Of a stretch of 64,000 nucleotides of DNA, positions 18,288 to 30,067 are shown in pieces (position 1 is the first letter of the stretch; each line of letters opens with the position of its first letter). Made by a program: the position numbers and the translations under genes. The stretch comes from an uncultured delta proteobacterium (GTDB lineage Bacteria > Myxococcota > UBA727 > VGSZ01). Under the pieces are notes generated by a model. It was not told where the DNA came from. It saw only the letters and a list, made by a program, of their open reading frames with translations, and ran no database searches. Where the stretch lies: assembly GCA_963775425.1 (NCBI GenBank), contig CAVZJB010000011.1, positions 160,001-224,000 on the forward strand, read 5' to 3'.

Positions 18288-19987
18288 AAGCACTCGCGCG
18301 CGCCGCACCGGCGCGTCCCACGACGGCGGCTCAGCGTCACGCGCGCGGCGCGGCGGGGCTGGTGGCGCTCGTGTGCCTCGTGATCCCCGTGGAGGCGCGC
18401 GCGGCGCCTGTGGCGTCGACGCGCGTCACGTTCGCGACGGCGAGCGCCATCTACGTCGACGCCGGCACCGCCGACGGCCTCGCGCAGGGCGCCAAGCTCG
18501 AGGCGCGGCACCGGCGGCGCGGCGCGGCCTCGTGCACCGTCGTCGAGATCGCCGCGCATCACGCGGTGTGCAAGGCCGACGGCAAGCGCGTGCCCGGCGT
18601 GGGCGATCGCCTGCGCTTCCAGCGCGCCGCCGCCGACGCGCCCGCCGCGGTGAAGCCGCGCCCCGACCCGCCCACGCCCGACGCGCTCGCGCCGCTGCGC
18701 AAGAAGGTCGAGGCCGCGCCGTTTCAGAAGGTGGCGTTCAAGAAGGCCCGCCGCGCGGCGCGGCCGGTGTGGACGGCGCGGGGCTCGACGACGCTGCGCC
18801 AACAGGTGTGGGCGACGTCGGGCAAGGACAACGTCTTCGCGCGCCCCTCGCTCGACGCCGGCGCGCGCGCGGGCATCGGCATCTTCCCCGGCCTGTACGC
18901 CGCCGGCGCGCTGCGCGTGCAGGGCGACGTGCTCGCGCCTCCCGAGCAGCGCTTCCGGCCCGGCGAGCTCCAGCTCTACCTGTGGAACGCGTCCGTCGGC
19001 GTCGCCGAGGGCGCCGTCGTCGGCGCCGCCGGCCGCTTCCGCCCCCAGAAGGCGCCCGGCCTCGAGCTCCTCGACGGCGCGCAGGCGGGCTTCCGCGCCT
19101 TCGGCGGCGCGCTCGAGGTGGGCGGCTACGCAGGCGCCATCCCCGACCTCGTCACGCTCGCCCCGTCCATCGACCGGCTCACCGGCGGCGCCTACTTCTC
19201 GCTCGACCTCGCGGCGGCCAAGGACGTCCTCGTCCTGCCGCGCGCGCGCGTCGGCCTCGTGAGCACCCCCGACGGAAAGACCGTGCGCGCGCTCGCGGAG
19301 GCGGAGACGCAGGTGCTCATCGACGGCGTCGTCGCCGCCGGCGGCTCCGCCCGCGTCGGCGCCGGCGGCACCGACGACCCGCTGCCCACCCTCGACGCCG
19401 CGCGCGCCGACCTCGACGTGCACACGGGCCCGCTGCACGTGGACGCCGGCTACCGCTACCTCGCGCCGCTCGCCGTCGACTTCGACGCGGCCTCGGGCGT
19501 CCCCACGGTGGGCGGCGCCCACCACGGCGACCTCGAGGCGCGCTACGCGCTGTCGTCGTGGCTCGTGATCGGCGCGGACAGCGGCGCCGGCTACGACGTC
19601 GCCACGCGCAGCGCCCGCGGCTACGCAGGGCCCATGGTCGAGCTGCCCACCGCGTTCGGCACGCTCGGCGGCCTCGAGCTGGGCTACGCCGAGGAGGCCG
19701 ACGTCGCCAAGATCCGGTGGAGCGGGCGCACGGCGTACCTCGCGGCCACCGTGTCGCCGCTCGACGTCGTTCGCATCGTCACGCGCGCCTCCTACTTCGA
19801 GGACGCCGCCATCAACGACTCGCTGCGCGAGGCCGCGCTGATGACGCTCATCGACGCGCCCGTGCTGCCGTGGCTGTCGGTGCGCGGCCGCGCGCAGGTG
19901 CAGGCGGCGCTGGCGCCTCTCGACGGCAGCACGCGCGCGTCGCCGACGACGCTTGTGGCGGATCTGGGCCTCTCCGGCTCTCTGTGA
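18275..19987 (+). CDS. Probable outer-membrane beta-barrel protein
   Basis: Signal peptide (ARA); small N-terminal domain; alternating hydrophobic strands; ends LVADLGLSGSL; overlaps the cytochrome stop. Confidence 0.6.
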   Translation: MRRLKALARAAPARPTTAAQRHARGAAGLVALVCLVIPVEARAAPVASTRVTFATASAIYVDAGTADGLAQGAKLEARHRRRGAASCTVVEIAAHHAVCKADGKRVPGVGDRLRFQRAAADAPAAVKPRPDPPTPDALAPLRKKVEAAPFQKVAFKKARRAARPVWTARGSTTLRQQVWATSGKDNVFARPSLDAGARAGIGIFPGLYAAGALRVQGDVLAPPEQRFRPGELQLYLWNASVGVAEGAVVGAAGRFRPQKAPGLELLDGAQAGFRAFGGALEVGGYAGAIPDLVTLAPSIDRLTGGAYFSLDLAAAKDVLVLPRARVGLVSTPDGKTVRALAEAETQVLIDGVVAAGGSARVGAGGTDDPLPTLDAARADLDVHTGPLHVDAGYRYLAPLAVDFDAASGVPTVGGAHHGDLEARYALSSWLVIGADSGAGYDVATRSARGYAGPMVELPTAFGTLGGLELGYAEEADVAKIRWSGRTAYLAATVSPLDVVRIVTRASYFEDAAINDSLREAALMTLIDAPVLPWLSVRGRAQVQAALAPLDGSTRASPTTLVADLGLSGSL

Positions 19988-20031
19988 CGAGGCGTCCCAC
20001 CCGCACCGCGGGGGGCGGGTAACATCGGGCC

Positions 20032-21650
<1,619 letters not shown>

Positions 21651-21654
<4 letters not shown>

Positions 21655-22536
21655 TGGCTCTTGTCGCCGCGGCGCCGGCCGCCGCGGAGAAGCTGGCGGT
21701 GGTTCCCTTCGGTGACGCCGCCGGCGAGATCGTCGCCTCGGTCCGCGCGTCGGTGTCCTCCATCGAGGGGAAGCGGGTGATCTCGGCGGCCTCCACACAG
21801 GAGGACGTCCGCGGCGCCGCCGACGCCGGCGTCGCGTGCGGCGCCACCAGCGACGAGTGCCTGGTGAAGCTCGCCCTGTTCGCGCAGGTGGACGGGCTCG
21901 TGTCGGTGAGCGCCGTGCGCACCGCCGCGGGCCTCGACGTCGAATCTCGTGCTCGTGGAGGCGGCGCTCGCGCGACGCACCGGCGCCGTGCACGCCCTGG
22001 TTCCCGAGGGCGAGCACCGCGCGTCGGCCGTCGCCGACGCGGTGGCGGAGCTGCTCACGCCCGACAAGGTGCTCGGCGCCCTCGTCGTCGACAGCGCGCC
22101 GCCCGCCGCCGCTGTGAAGGTCGACGGCAACGCGGCCGGCGCCGCGCCCGCGCGCGTGCGGGTGCGCGCGGGCACCCACGACGTCGCCGTGAGCCTGCCC
22201 GGCTATGTGCCTGCGCGCCGCCGCGTCGACGTGCGCCCGGGCGCGGAGACGCCGCTGCGCCTCGTGCTCAAGCCGCTGTCGACCCCGCCACCGGGATCTG
22301 CGCCGGTGTCGGCCGGGCCGTCCGCCGGCCTGATCGCCGCCATCACCGGCGGCGCCATCGTCGCCGTGGGCGCGGGCACGGCCGTCACGCTCGACGTCAT
22401 CCTCGAGAGCGGCGGCACCGGCGACTTCGCCGCGCGAGACGCCATGCTCAACGTCGAGAAGGTCGCCGCCGTCGCCGCCGTGGCCGGCGGCGTCGTGGTC
22501 GCGGCCGGCGCCGCCATGCTTGTCACGGGCTCGTGA
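21651..22536 (+). pseudogene. PEGA-domain protein with apparent single-base frameshift near 21941
   Basis: N-half (MMALVAAAPAAAEK...AGLDV) continues in another frame as NLVLVE...VDSAPPAAAVKVDG...GTHDVAVSLPGY (PEGA). Confidence 0.7.
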
Positions 22537-22560
22537 GGCTCGGGCTCGTGAGGCTCGGGC

Positions 22561-23880
22561 TCAGGGCGCGCCGGCCTCGTCGGCGCCTGCGTCGGGCGCC
22601 CCGTCGCGGCGCGCGCCGTCGATGTCGAGGAGCTCGCGGGAGGCGGCGGCGACCCCAATCGCGAGCGAGTCGGGCGCGAGGTGGAGCACATCCCGGCCGG
22701 CGACGGGATCGGTCGTGAAGCCCGGGTCGACGTCGACGTTGCCGTCGCCGCTCACGCCCGGGACCACCGAGTCCAAGAAGGCGCACGTCCCCGTGAAGTC
22801 GTTGGCGTTGTTCGCCGTCACGATGGAGCGCTCGACGGTGACGCCCGTGCTGCCGCAGGCAATCCCCGTCTTGTTGCCGGTGACGGTGAGGTGCCGCAGC
22901 GCGTCCTGGCTCGTGGGTGCCAGCGCGAGCGAGAGGCCGATCTCGCTGTCGTAGATCATGGAGCTCACGATCTCGTAGTCGGCGCCGAGGTTGAGGCCCG
23001 CGTGCCCCGGGCCGGTGACGTCGTGGATGCGGCTGCGCAGGACGGTCAGCTTGGCGGCGCTCGCCTCGAGCAGCACGCCGTTGTCGGCGATGGGACCGAC
23101 CTCGCTGTCTTCGAGGACGAGCGCGCTGTCCGCGTCGTGGACGTCGATCGGCTTGCTCCCCGTGACGATGACGTTGATCAGGTGAACGTGCGTCCCCTTG
23201 TGGACGTCTAGCTTGGTCGCGCCGATGTCGATGGTCGCCGGCGCGCCGACGGCCTCGACGATGATGTTCGCCTCGTTGGGGTTGTTGTTGGCGCCGTCGA
23301 AGTTGGGCGCGGCGGCGTAGGTCGCGCCCCCGGTGAGCTCGATGATCACCTCGCCGTCGTCGCCGTCGTGCGCGAGCAGCGTGGGGGCGTCCGGCGCCGC
23401 GACCACGCTCGGGGAGAGCAGGCAGTGGCTCGGCTGGCCCCGGCACTCGTAGTTGCTCTCGACGTGGCACAGGGCGTCGCAGCCGTCGCCCGCCGTCGTC
23501 CCTCCGTCGTCGCAGGTCTCGCCGAGGGCGTCGTCGCGGACGCCGTCGCCGCAGCGCGCCGGCTCTCCCTCTCCTTCGCCCTCTCCTTCGCCCTCGCCCT
23601 CGCCCTCGCCTTCGCCTTCGCCCTCGCCCTCGCCTTCGCCCTCTCCTTCGCCCTCGCCCTCTCCTTCGCCTTCTCCTTCGCCTTCGCCTTCGCCCTCGCC
23701 CTCCTCGCCCGGGGCGACGGCGACGCAGACGCCGGCAGAGCAGGTCTGGCCGGCGGGACAGTCGTCGTTTTCGCCGTCGGCGAAGCACGGGGGCGCGTCA
23801 GCGAAGAGCAGGCAAGCGCCGGCCCCTGCGGGCACCGCGGCGATCAGCAGCACGAGGGGGACGTGGGAGACAACGCGCAC
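22561..23880 (-). CDS. Lipoprotein with (EG)~23 linker, myxobacterial Cys-rich repeat and right-handed beta-helix
   Basis: GAGAC; CGDGVRD..ETCDDG..GDGCDALC; beta-helix-like repeats; DIDGARR..PDAGADE C-terminal motif. Confidence 0.82.
   Translation of the reverse strand: MRVVSHVPLVLLIAAVPAGAGACLLFADAPPCFADGENDDCPAGQTCSAGVCVAVAPGEEGEGEGEGEGEGEGEGEGEGEGEGEGEGEGEGEGEGEGEGEGEGEGEPARCGDGVRDDALGETCDDGGTTAGDGCDALCHVESNYECRGQPSHCLLSPSVVAAPDAPTLLAHDGDDGEVIIELTGGATYAAAPNFDGANNNPNEANIIVEAVGAPATIDIGATKLDVHKGTHVHLINVIVTGSKPIDVHDADSALVLEDSEVGPIADNGVLLEASAAKLTVLRSRIHDVTGPGHAGLNLGADYEIVSSMIYDSEIGLSLALAPTSQDALRHLTVTGNKTGIACGSTGVTVERSIVTANNANDFTGTCAFLDSVVPGVSGDGNVDVDPGFTTDPVAGRDVLHLAPDSLAIGVAAASRELLDIDGARRDGAPDAGADEAGAP
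23563..23703 (-). repeat. Coding repeat, (Glu-Gly)x~23
   Basis: GAR-GGN tract. Confidence 0.95.
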
Positions 23881-23897
23881 GCCCGAAGTGTAGCGCG

Positions 23898-24446
23898 TTA
23901 CTCGGCGGCTTCTTCCTGGGCGCGCTCATCGATGAGCTTGAGCATCTTCTTCTTGATGACGCCCCGCCGCAGCCGCGAGAGGTAGTCGACGAAGAGCTTG
24001 CCATCGAGGTGATCGCACTCGTGCTGCAGCGCCACCGCCTTGAGGCCCTCGGCCTCGATGACGTGCTGCTGCCCCTCGAGATCCGTGTAGGTGAGTGTGC
24101 ACCGCGCGGCGCGCGTCACCATGCCCGTCTCGCCGGGGACCGAGAGGCAGCCTTCCTCCCACTCGAGCTCGCCCTGCTTGTTGGAGATCTCGGGGTTGAT
24201 GAGCACCAACGGGGCCTCCCCCGAGGGGATGTCGGCCTTGTCGCGGTCGTAGCTGCGGATGTCGACGACGACGACGCGCTTGTGGACGCCGATCTGGGGC
24301 GCGGCCAGTCCAACGCCGTCGGCGGTGTACATCGAGTCGAACATGTCCTTGGCCAGCGCCCGGATCCCCTCGTCGATGGCCTCGACTTTCGAGGAGACCT
24401 TGAGCAGCTCCGGGTTGGGCCAGATGAGGATCTCGCGGGCAGCCAT
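23898..24446 (-). CDS. def: Peptide deformylase
   Basis: GVGLAAPQIG, EGCLS, QHECDHLDG. Confidence 0.97.
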   Translation of the reverse strand: MAAREILIWPNPELLKVSSKVEAIDEGIRALAKDMFDSMYTADGVGLAAPQIGVHKRVVVVDIRSYDRDKADIPSGEAPLVLINPEISNKQGELEWEEGCLSVPGETGMVTRAARCTLTYTDLEGQQHVIEAEGLKAVALQHECDHLDGKLFVDYLSRLRRGVIKKKMLKLIDERAQEEAAE

Positions 24447-24492
24447 GTGCATAGTCCTAACGCCTCGCGCCGTTTCCTTCCACTGAGTCCCG

Positions 24493-26607
24493 ATGCAGGC
24501 GATCATCCGGTCGATGGCGGCCCAGTCCCTGCGCACCCGCGCCCTCAGCACCATCCTCGTGGTGTTCGTCGGTCTCACCGTCGCCATTGCGCTCGCCGGC
24601 CTCGCCGTGGTGCGCACCGGCCTCGAGCGGGACCTCGCGGCGCGCGCCAACGTCATCGGGCGCGCGCTCGGGCAGTCCACCGAGCTGTCCATCGGCGTCA
24701 GCCAGAACAACTCCGGGCTGGTCGAGCGCGCGCTGTCCTGGCTCACCACCGTCGGCGAGGACCTGGTGTTCGTCATCGTGCTCACGCCTGACGGAAGGCC
24801 CATCGCCGGCATCAGCAACGACGGCCCCATCCCGGAGGCCGACCTCGCGGCGCTCGCGGCGCGCGCCCCGCGGGCCACCGCGCTCGAGGTGGTCAAGGAC
24901 GTCTCGCTCGCGCCGGCCGCGGAGAAGCAGGCGTCCGGCGACGTGCTCGACCAGATCAACGAGGAAGCGGGCATCGAGCCGGCCGCGCCGGCGCACGTGC
25001 GCATCATGCTCACGGGCCGCGGTCAGGTGCTCCGCCAGACCGCCGCGGTCGTCGTCACGGGCATCGCTTTGTGCCTCATCTCGCTCATCGCCTTGTGGCG
25101 CATCGCGCGCGACGCCTTCCGGCGCATCGAGCCCGCGCTCGAGCACGCCCGTCGGATGGCGCAGGGCGACTTCGTCGACGGCGCGGTGGAGGCGGAGTAC
25201 CGCGAGCTGGCCACGCTGTTTCAGGCGCTCAACGAGATCTCGCAGTCGCTGAGCTTGATGATCGGCGACGTGCGCTCCCTGGGCGACGAGGTGTCGGTCG
25301 CCGTCGAGCGCATCACCGGCGCCGCCGGCAGCCTCCGCTCCGGCGCCGACGACGGCACGCGCGCGGTGGGCATCACGGAGGAGGCGGTGGCCGCCATGCA
25401 GCGCACCGTCGACGAGGCCACGCGCCGCCTCACCGACCTCGCCACCACCGCCGACGTCTCCTCGCGCGACACCGAGACCATCGAGCGCCAGAACGCGGCC
25501 ACCGGCCAGACGGTGCTCACGCTCGCCGGCGAGCTCGAGCGGCACGCCCGCTCGCTCCTCGTCATCGACGACCGCACCAAGGCGCTGTCGCGCGACGCCC
25601 GCGCCGTGGGCGAGGCGTCGGAGGCGGCCCGAGCGGCGGCCAATCGCATGCAGATGACGTCGCAGGTGGGCATGGAGCGCGCCGTGGAGGCCGCCCGTCT
25701 CGCCGAGCACGCGATGCACAGCTCGCAGGCCGGCGGCAAAGCGATCGAGGACGCCATCGCGCGCTTTCAGCAGATCGCCGCCCTCGGCAGCACCATGGAG
25801 GGCAACCTTCGGGCGCTCACGGGGCGCGTCGAGGGCATGCACCCCATGCTCGGCGCCATCGCCGACGTCACCAGCCGCACGAGCCTGCTCGCGCTCAACG
25901 CCGGCATCATCGCCGCGCAGGCGGGGGAGCGTGGCGCCGCCTTCCAGGTCGTCGTCGACGAGCTCAAGAGCCTGGCCGCGCGCACCGCGGAGCTCACCGC
26001 CACCGTGGAGCTGTCGGTGCGCACCATCCTCGAGCAGCGCGGCCGCACCGACGAGGCGGCCGAGGCGCTGCGCGGTGTGGTCGGCGCCTCCATCGAGGAC
26101 GCGCAGCGCGCCGGCGCCGCGCTCGACGCCATCCGCACCTCCACCGCGCAGAGCCAGCAGGTGTCGGCGGGCATCTCCGAGACGCTCACCAGCCAGGAGC
26201 GCGACGTGAAGGAGACGCTCGCGCGCATCGACGTCGTCGACGGCGCCGGCAACTCCGTGGAGGGCACCGCGCGCGCCCTCGCCGACGAGGTGCGCGTCTT
26301 GAAGGAGGTCGCCGAGCGCGTGACCAACGTCGCGGACGACGTCGCCCACATGAGCAAGGACCAGGGCGAGCTGGCGGCGCGCGTCGGCCAGGTGCTCTCG
26401 CTGGTGTCGCGCCAGGTGGGAGAGCTCACCTCGACGCAGGACGAGCAGCGCAGCGACGTGGCGCGCGTCGAGAAGAGCCTGCAGCAGATCCGCCGCTTCA
26501 GCGACGACGCGCGCGGGGGCGCCGCCGCCCTCGACGAGGTCGTCCAGCGCGTGCACGACAAGACCGCCGGCCTCGCCGAAGCCATCCACCGCTTCCGCAC
26601 GCGGTAG
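24493..26607 (+). CDS. Methyl-accepting chemotaxis protein
   Basis: Two TMs, HAMP-like segment, tip TSLLALNAGIIAAQAGERGAAFQVVVDELKSLA. Confidence 0.88.
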   Translation: MQAIIRSMAAQSLRTRALSTILVVFVGLTVAIALAGLAVVRTGLERDLAARANVIGRALGQSTELSIGVSQNNSGLVERALSWLTTVGEDLVFVIVLTPDGRPIAGISNDGPIPEADLAALAARAPRATALEVVKDVSLAPAAEKQASGDVLDQINEEAGIEPAAPAHVRIMLTGRGQVLRQTAAVVVTGIALCLISLIALWRIARDAFRRIEPALEHARRMAQGDFVDGAVEAEYRELATLFQALNEISQSLSLMIGDVRSLGDEVSVAVERITGAAGSLRSGADDGTRAVGITEEAVAAMQRTVDEATRRLTDLATTADVSSRDTETIERQNAATGQTVLTLAGELERHARSLLVIDDRTKALSRDARAVGEASEAARAAANRMQMTSQVGMERAVEAARLAEHAMHSSQAGGKAIEDAIARFQQIAALGSTMEGNLRALTGRVEGMHPMLGAIADVTSRTSLLALNAGIIAAQAGERGAAFQVVVDELKSLAARTAELTATVELSVRTILEQRGRTDEAAEALRGVVGASIEDAQRAGAALDAIRTSTAQSQQVSAGISETLTSQERDVKETLARIDVVDGAGNSVEGTARALADEVRVLKEVAERVTNVADDVAHMSKDQGELAARVGQVLSLVSRQVGELTSTQDEQRSDVARVEKSLQQIRRFSDDARGGAAALDEVVQRVHDKTAGLAEAIHRFRTR

Positions 26608-26717
26608 TGCGCCGACGGTGAGCGCGTGCGGTCGCGCACACTTCGATGTGTGCATAGATCGGCGCCGGGGAATGCACGTTCCCCGCGTGACGTCCAAGCC
26701 GCTAGGATAAGGAGCAC

Positions 26718-27929
26718 GTGGCCAATCCCCTCGCATGGCTCCCCTTCCACGGGGACAAGCGCAGCAGACGCGCCGCGTTGCTCGGCGGCGCACTGACCGC
26801 TTCGCTCTGCATGCACTTCGGCCTGCCGTTCATCCACTGGCAGCGCATCGAGGCCGTCAGCGAGACGCCGGTGCAGGTGACGCTCTTGCCGCCGCCGCCG
26901 GTGCCGGTGCCGGAGGCGGACGAGCCGGTCGAGGCCCCCGACGAGGACGACGTCGACGCGCCCAAGAAGGAAGACGCGCCGGTGCAAAAGCCGCAGAAGG
27001 AGGCGGACAAGGAGACGCCGCCGAAGGTGGAGGAGCCGCCCGCCAAGGTGTCGGTGCCGCCGCCCATCCCCACCGTGGACCGGCAGGCGGCGTGGAAGGC
27101 GCGGCTGGCGGACCTCCAGCGCCGCCGGGCGGAGCGCCTCGCCGAGCGCATGCGCCAGCGCGCGGAGCGGGAGGCGGCGCGGCAGCGCCTGGGATTGGGC
27201 GGCAAGAAGGGCGGCGCCCCCGACACCGGCGCGTGGAAGACGGGCAAGCCCGACTCCACCTACCTGTGCACCGCCAACGACAAGGGCATCGAGCTCCACG
27301 TGATGCGCGCGCGGCCGCTGCGCGAGTGGATCACCATCGTGCCCACGGTGCTCGCCGGGTTCGACACGCGGCCCGGGCTCGGCGGCTACCTCGACCACGT
27401 GCAGCAGATCGTGCAGCGCGACCACACGCACGGCGCGCCGCGCCGGCTCGGCTTCGTGGAGCTCGGTCTGCCCAGCGACGTCCTGCAGTTCCCGCTCGAG
27501 GAGCCGCGCGGCGTGCGCATCGCCGTCGGGCGCCTCGACGCGCATTGCATGGTCGGCTTCAAGTACGCGGCGCGGCTGTTTCCCTTCACCATCCAGCGCG
27601 CGCCGGTGCGCATCATCGACGGCTCCAACCACACGGTGAACGCGCTCGTCGACGTCACGTTCTTCAAGGACGTCTCTCTCGAGATCCACTCGGTGGACGG
27701 CACCGAGCTGCCGTTCACGCGCGGCCGCTTGAAGAACGGCAGCGGCATCCAGCGCAACATCGAGGACCACTACGAGGCCGCGCGCCTGGCCAAGAGCATC
27801 GCCGACCTCTTCGGCATCAAGCTCGTCCCGCACCACAACCGCGCCGCGAGAGCGCCGGCGCGCCACCCGCGGGCCACCAAGACCAAGAACCTCGCCGAGG
27901 GTCGGCCGGCCAAGCGCGCCCAGGACTGA
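26718..27929 (+). CDS. Hypothetical membrane-anchored protein with TonB/TolA-like Pro/charged linker
   Basis: N-terminal TM with SxxxH (ASLCMH); Pro/Glu/Lys linker; helical R/E segment; AAGGAG RBS. Confidence 0.7.
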   Translation: MANPLAWLPFHGDKRSRRAALLGGALTASLCMHFGLPFIHWQRIEAVSETPVQVTLLPPPPVPVPEADEPVEAPDEDDVDAPKKEDAPVQKPQKEADKETPPKVEEPPAKVSVPPPIPTVDRQAAWKARLADLQRRRAERLAERMRQRAEREAARQRLGLGGKKGGAPDTGAWKTGKPDSTYLCTANDKGIELHVMRARPLREWITIVPTVLAGFDTRPGLGGYLDHVQQIVQRDHTHGAPRRLGFVELGLPSDVLQFPLEEPRGVRIAVGRLDAHCMVGFKYAARLFPFTIQRAPVRIIDGSNHTVNALVDVTFFKDVSLEIHSVDGTELPFTRGRLKNGSGIQRNIEDHYEAARLAKSIADLFGIKLVPHHNRAARAPARHPRATKTKNLAEGRPAKRAQD

Positions 27930-27996
27930 CCTCGGCGCCATCGCCGCCCGCCGACGCGCAGCGCGCGTCAGGGACGCCGGCGGACATGCCGCCTGC

Positions 27997-29994
27997 CTAC
28001 TCGAACGTCACGGCGATGCGGGCGGTGGCGCCGCCTTTGACGTCGACCTTCTTGGTGATCTCTTTGTCGCCGTGCTTGAGGTGCACCACGTAGCTGCCCG
28101 CGACGACGTCGATGGGCGCGAGCGGCGTGTTGCCGAAGTCGCGGGTGCCGATGATGACGTCGGCGAACGGCAGCGCGCGCACGTCGAGCTTTCCGTGCGG
28201 CAGCGCGCCGTAGTCGATGTGCGACGACACCTCGACGACGGTGCGGCCGCCATGCCGCTTGTCGTAGGCGATGAGGCGCCGCGTGGACGCCGGCACCTGC
28301 AGCCGGGTGGTGGCGAAGCCGAGGATCTTGCCGCGGTCGGTCAGCCACTGCACCGAGGGGGGAGCGACGACCGCGACCTCGCGCACCGACGGCCGGCGGC
28401 GCGTGTCCCGGTGCGCGTCCTTGGCGTCCTTGGCGTCGTCCTTGGCGTCGTCCTTGGCGTCGTCCTTGTGCGCCGGCAAGGCGGCCGGGTCGTCCCCTGC
28501 GGGGCCCGGCGTGGGGCTCGGCGTGTCGCCGGGGCCCGTGTCGCCGGGGCCCGGCGTGGGGCTCGGCGTGTCGCCGGGGCCCGTGTCGCCGGGGCCCGTG
28601 TCGCCGGGGCCCGTGTCGCCGGGGCCCGTGTCGCCCGGGGGCGCGTCGCCGGGGGCCGTGTCGCCGGGGGGCGTGTCGCCGGATGGGGCGTCGCCGGGGG
28701 CTGTGGCCGTCGCCCCGGCGGGCGCCGGCGGATGCCCCAGGGAGTCCTGGGCGGAGCGCACCACCGCCCAGCCGCCGATGCCGAGGACGGCGACGGCGGC
28801 GGCGGCGGCGAACAGCGGGGCCCGGCTCGGCTTGAAGGTGGCCGCGAGCTCGTCGTCGCCGCCCGCGAGGCCCACCGAGGTAGGCGCCGTCGCGTCGCTC
28901 ACCGAGATGTGCGGCACCTCGAGCGTGTCACCCGCGCCGGTCCTCGACACCCAACCGGACTTCAGGAGCTCGGTCTCGGGCGCCGACGCCGGGAACGTCA
29001 GGATGGGGCCCGTCTCCTCGACCTCGACCTCGTCGGCGTGGTCGAGGACGTCGCGCACGAAGGGCGCGACCACCGAGCGGCGCATCGAGAGCACGTCCGC
29101 GAGCCGGTCGGCGATGTCGTGCCCCGTGGCGGGCCGCAGGTCGCGATCCTTCTCGATGAGGCGCAGGACGAGGTTTTCCAGGCGCCTCGGCACCAGCGGG
29201 TTGAGCTCAGTTGGCGGCCGCGGCTTCTCCGACAGGATCGCGTTCATCAGCGCGAGGTCCGTCGGCGCCGAGAACGGCCGCTTGCCCGTGAGCAGCCAGT
29301 AGGCGGTGACGCCGAGGGCGTACAGATCGGCGCGCCCGTCGACGGGATCGCCCCGCACCTGCTCCGGCGACAGGAACGGGATCTTCCCCTTGAGCTCGCC
29401 GGTCTTGGTGCGCTCCGCGGTGGCCACCTTGGCGACGCCGAAGTCGAGGATCTTGGTGACGCCCTCACGGTTCATCATCAGGTTGTCGGGGCTGATGTCC
29501 CTGTGGATGATGTCGAGGGGCTTGCCGTCCGCGTCGCACTTTTCGTGGGCGGCGGCGAGCCCGAGGGCCGCGTCGGACAGAGCGCTGCAGACGAGCTCCA
29601 GCGGCAGCGGCTTCTTCAACCGCCAGGCGGCGCGCGCGAGGCGGTTGAGTGCCAGCCCCTCGACGTACTCCATGGCGATGAAGTAGGCGCCGTGGTCTTC
29701 GCCGAGCTCGTAGATGTGCACGATGTTCGTGTGCTGCAACATCGCCGCGACACGCGCCTCGCGCTGGAACATGTCGACGAAGCGCTTCTCCACGGCGAGG
29801 TGCGGCAGGATGCGTTTGACGACGCACGCCTTCTGGAAGCCCGCAGGTCCGTCTTGCTGCGCGAGGAAGACCTCGGCCATCCCGCCCACGCCGAGCCGTT
29901 TGGTCAGCAGGTACCGGCCGAGCCGCGCCGGCAGCGTGTAGACGGGCTGCGGCTCCTCCCGCTCGACGCCGTCGGTCTTGAGATCACCGGTCAC
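27997..29994 (-). CDS. Membrane Ser/Thr protein kinase with C-terminal PEGA-like domain
   Basis: LGVGGMAEVF, HRDISPDN, DFG, LSPE; TM; PGDTG repeats; FGNTPL...GSYVVHL. Confidence 0.93.
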   Translation of the reverse strand: MTGDLKTDGVEREEPQPVYTLPARLGRYLLTKRLGVGGMAEVFLAQQDGPAGFQKACVVKRILPHLAVEKRFVDMFQREARVAAMLQHTNIVHIYELGEDHGAYFIAMEYVEGLALNRLARAAWRLKKPLPLELVCSALSDAALGLAAAHEKCDADGKPLDIIHRDISPDNLMMNREGVTKILDFGVAKVATAERTKTGELKGKIPFLSPEQVRGDPVDGRADLYALGVTAYWLLTGKRPFSAPTDLALMNAILSEKPRPPTELNPLVPRRLENLVLRLIEKDRDLRPATGHDIADRLADVLSMRRSVVAPFVRDVLDHADEVEVEETGPILTFPASAPETELLKSGWVSRTGAGDTLEVPHISVSDATAPTSVGLAGGDDELAATFKPSRAPLFAAAAAVAVLGIGGWAVVRSAQDSLGHPPAPAGATATAPGDAPSGDTPPGDTAPGDAPPGDTGPGDTGPGDTGPGDTGPGDTPSPTPGPGDTGPGDTPSPTPGPAGDDPAALPAHKDDAKDDAKDDAKDAKDAHRDTRRRPSVREVAVVAPPSVQWLTDRGKILGFATTRLQVPASTRRLIAYDKRHGGRTVVEVSSHIDYGALPHGKLDVRALPFADVIIGTRDFGNTPLAPIDVVAGSYVVHLKHGDKEITKKVDVKGGATARIAVTFE
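28500..28700 (-). repeat. Coding 15-bp tandem repeat (PGDTG)n
   Basis: gggcccgtgtcgccg repeated, with a duplicated PSPTPG insert. Confidence 0.85.
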
Positions 29995-30067
29995 GCAGGA
30001 ATCCTATGCCCAACGGGGCCCTCCGCGCCCGCACGGACAGCCTGTGTGCCATGCGCCGATGTCGGTC

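Noticed and set aside
22527-22565. Short tandem duplication GGGCTCGTGAGGCTC between convergent genes
   Set aside because: Only about two copies; likely local slippage with no evident function
30036-30052. Sigma54-like TGGCAC on the minus strand upstream of the kinase at 29994
   Set aside because: The -12 position reads GT, not GC; TAGGAT-N6-GTG explains the promoter better
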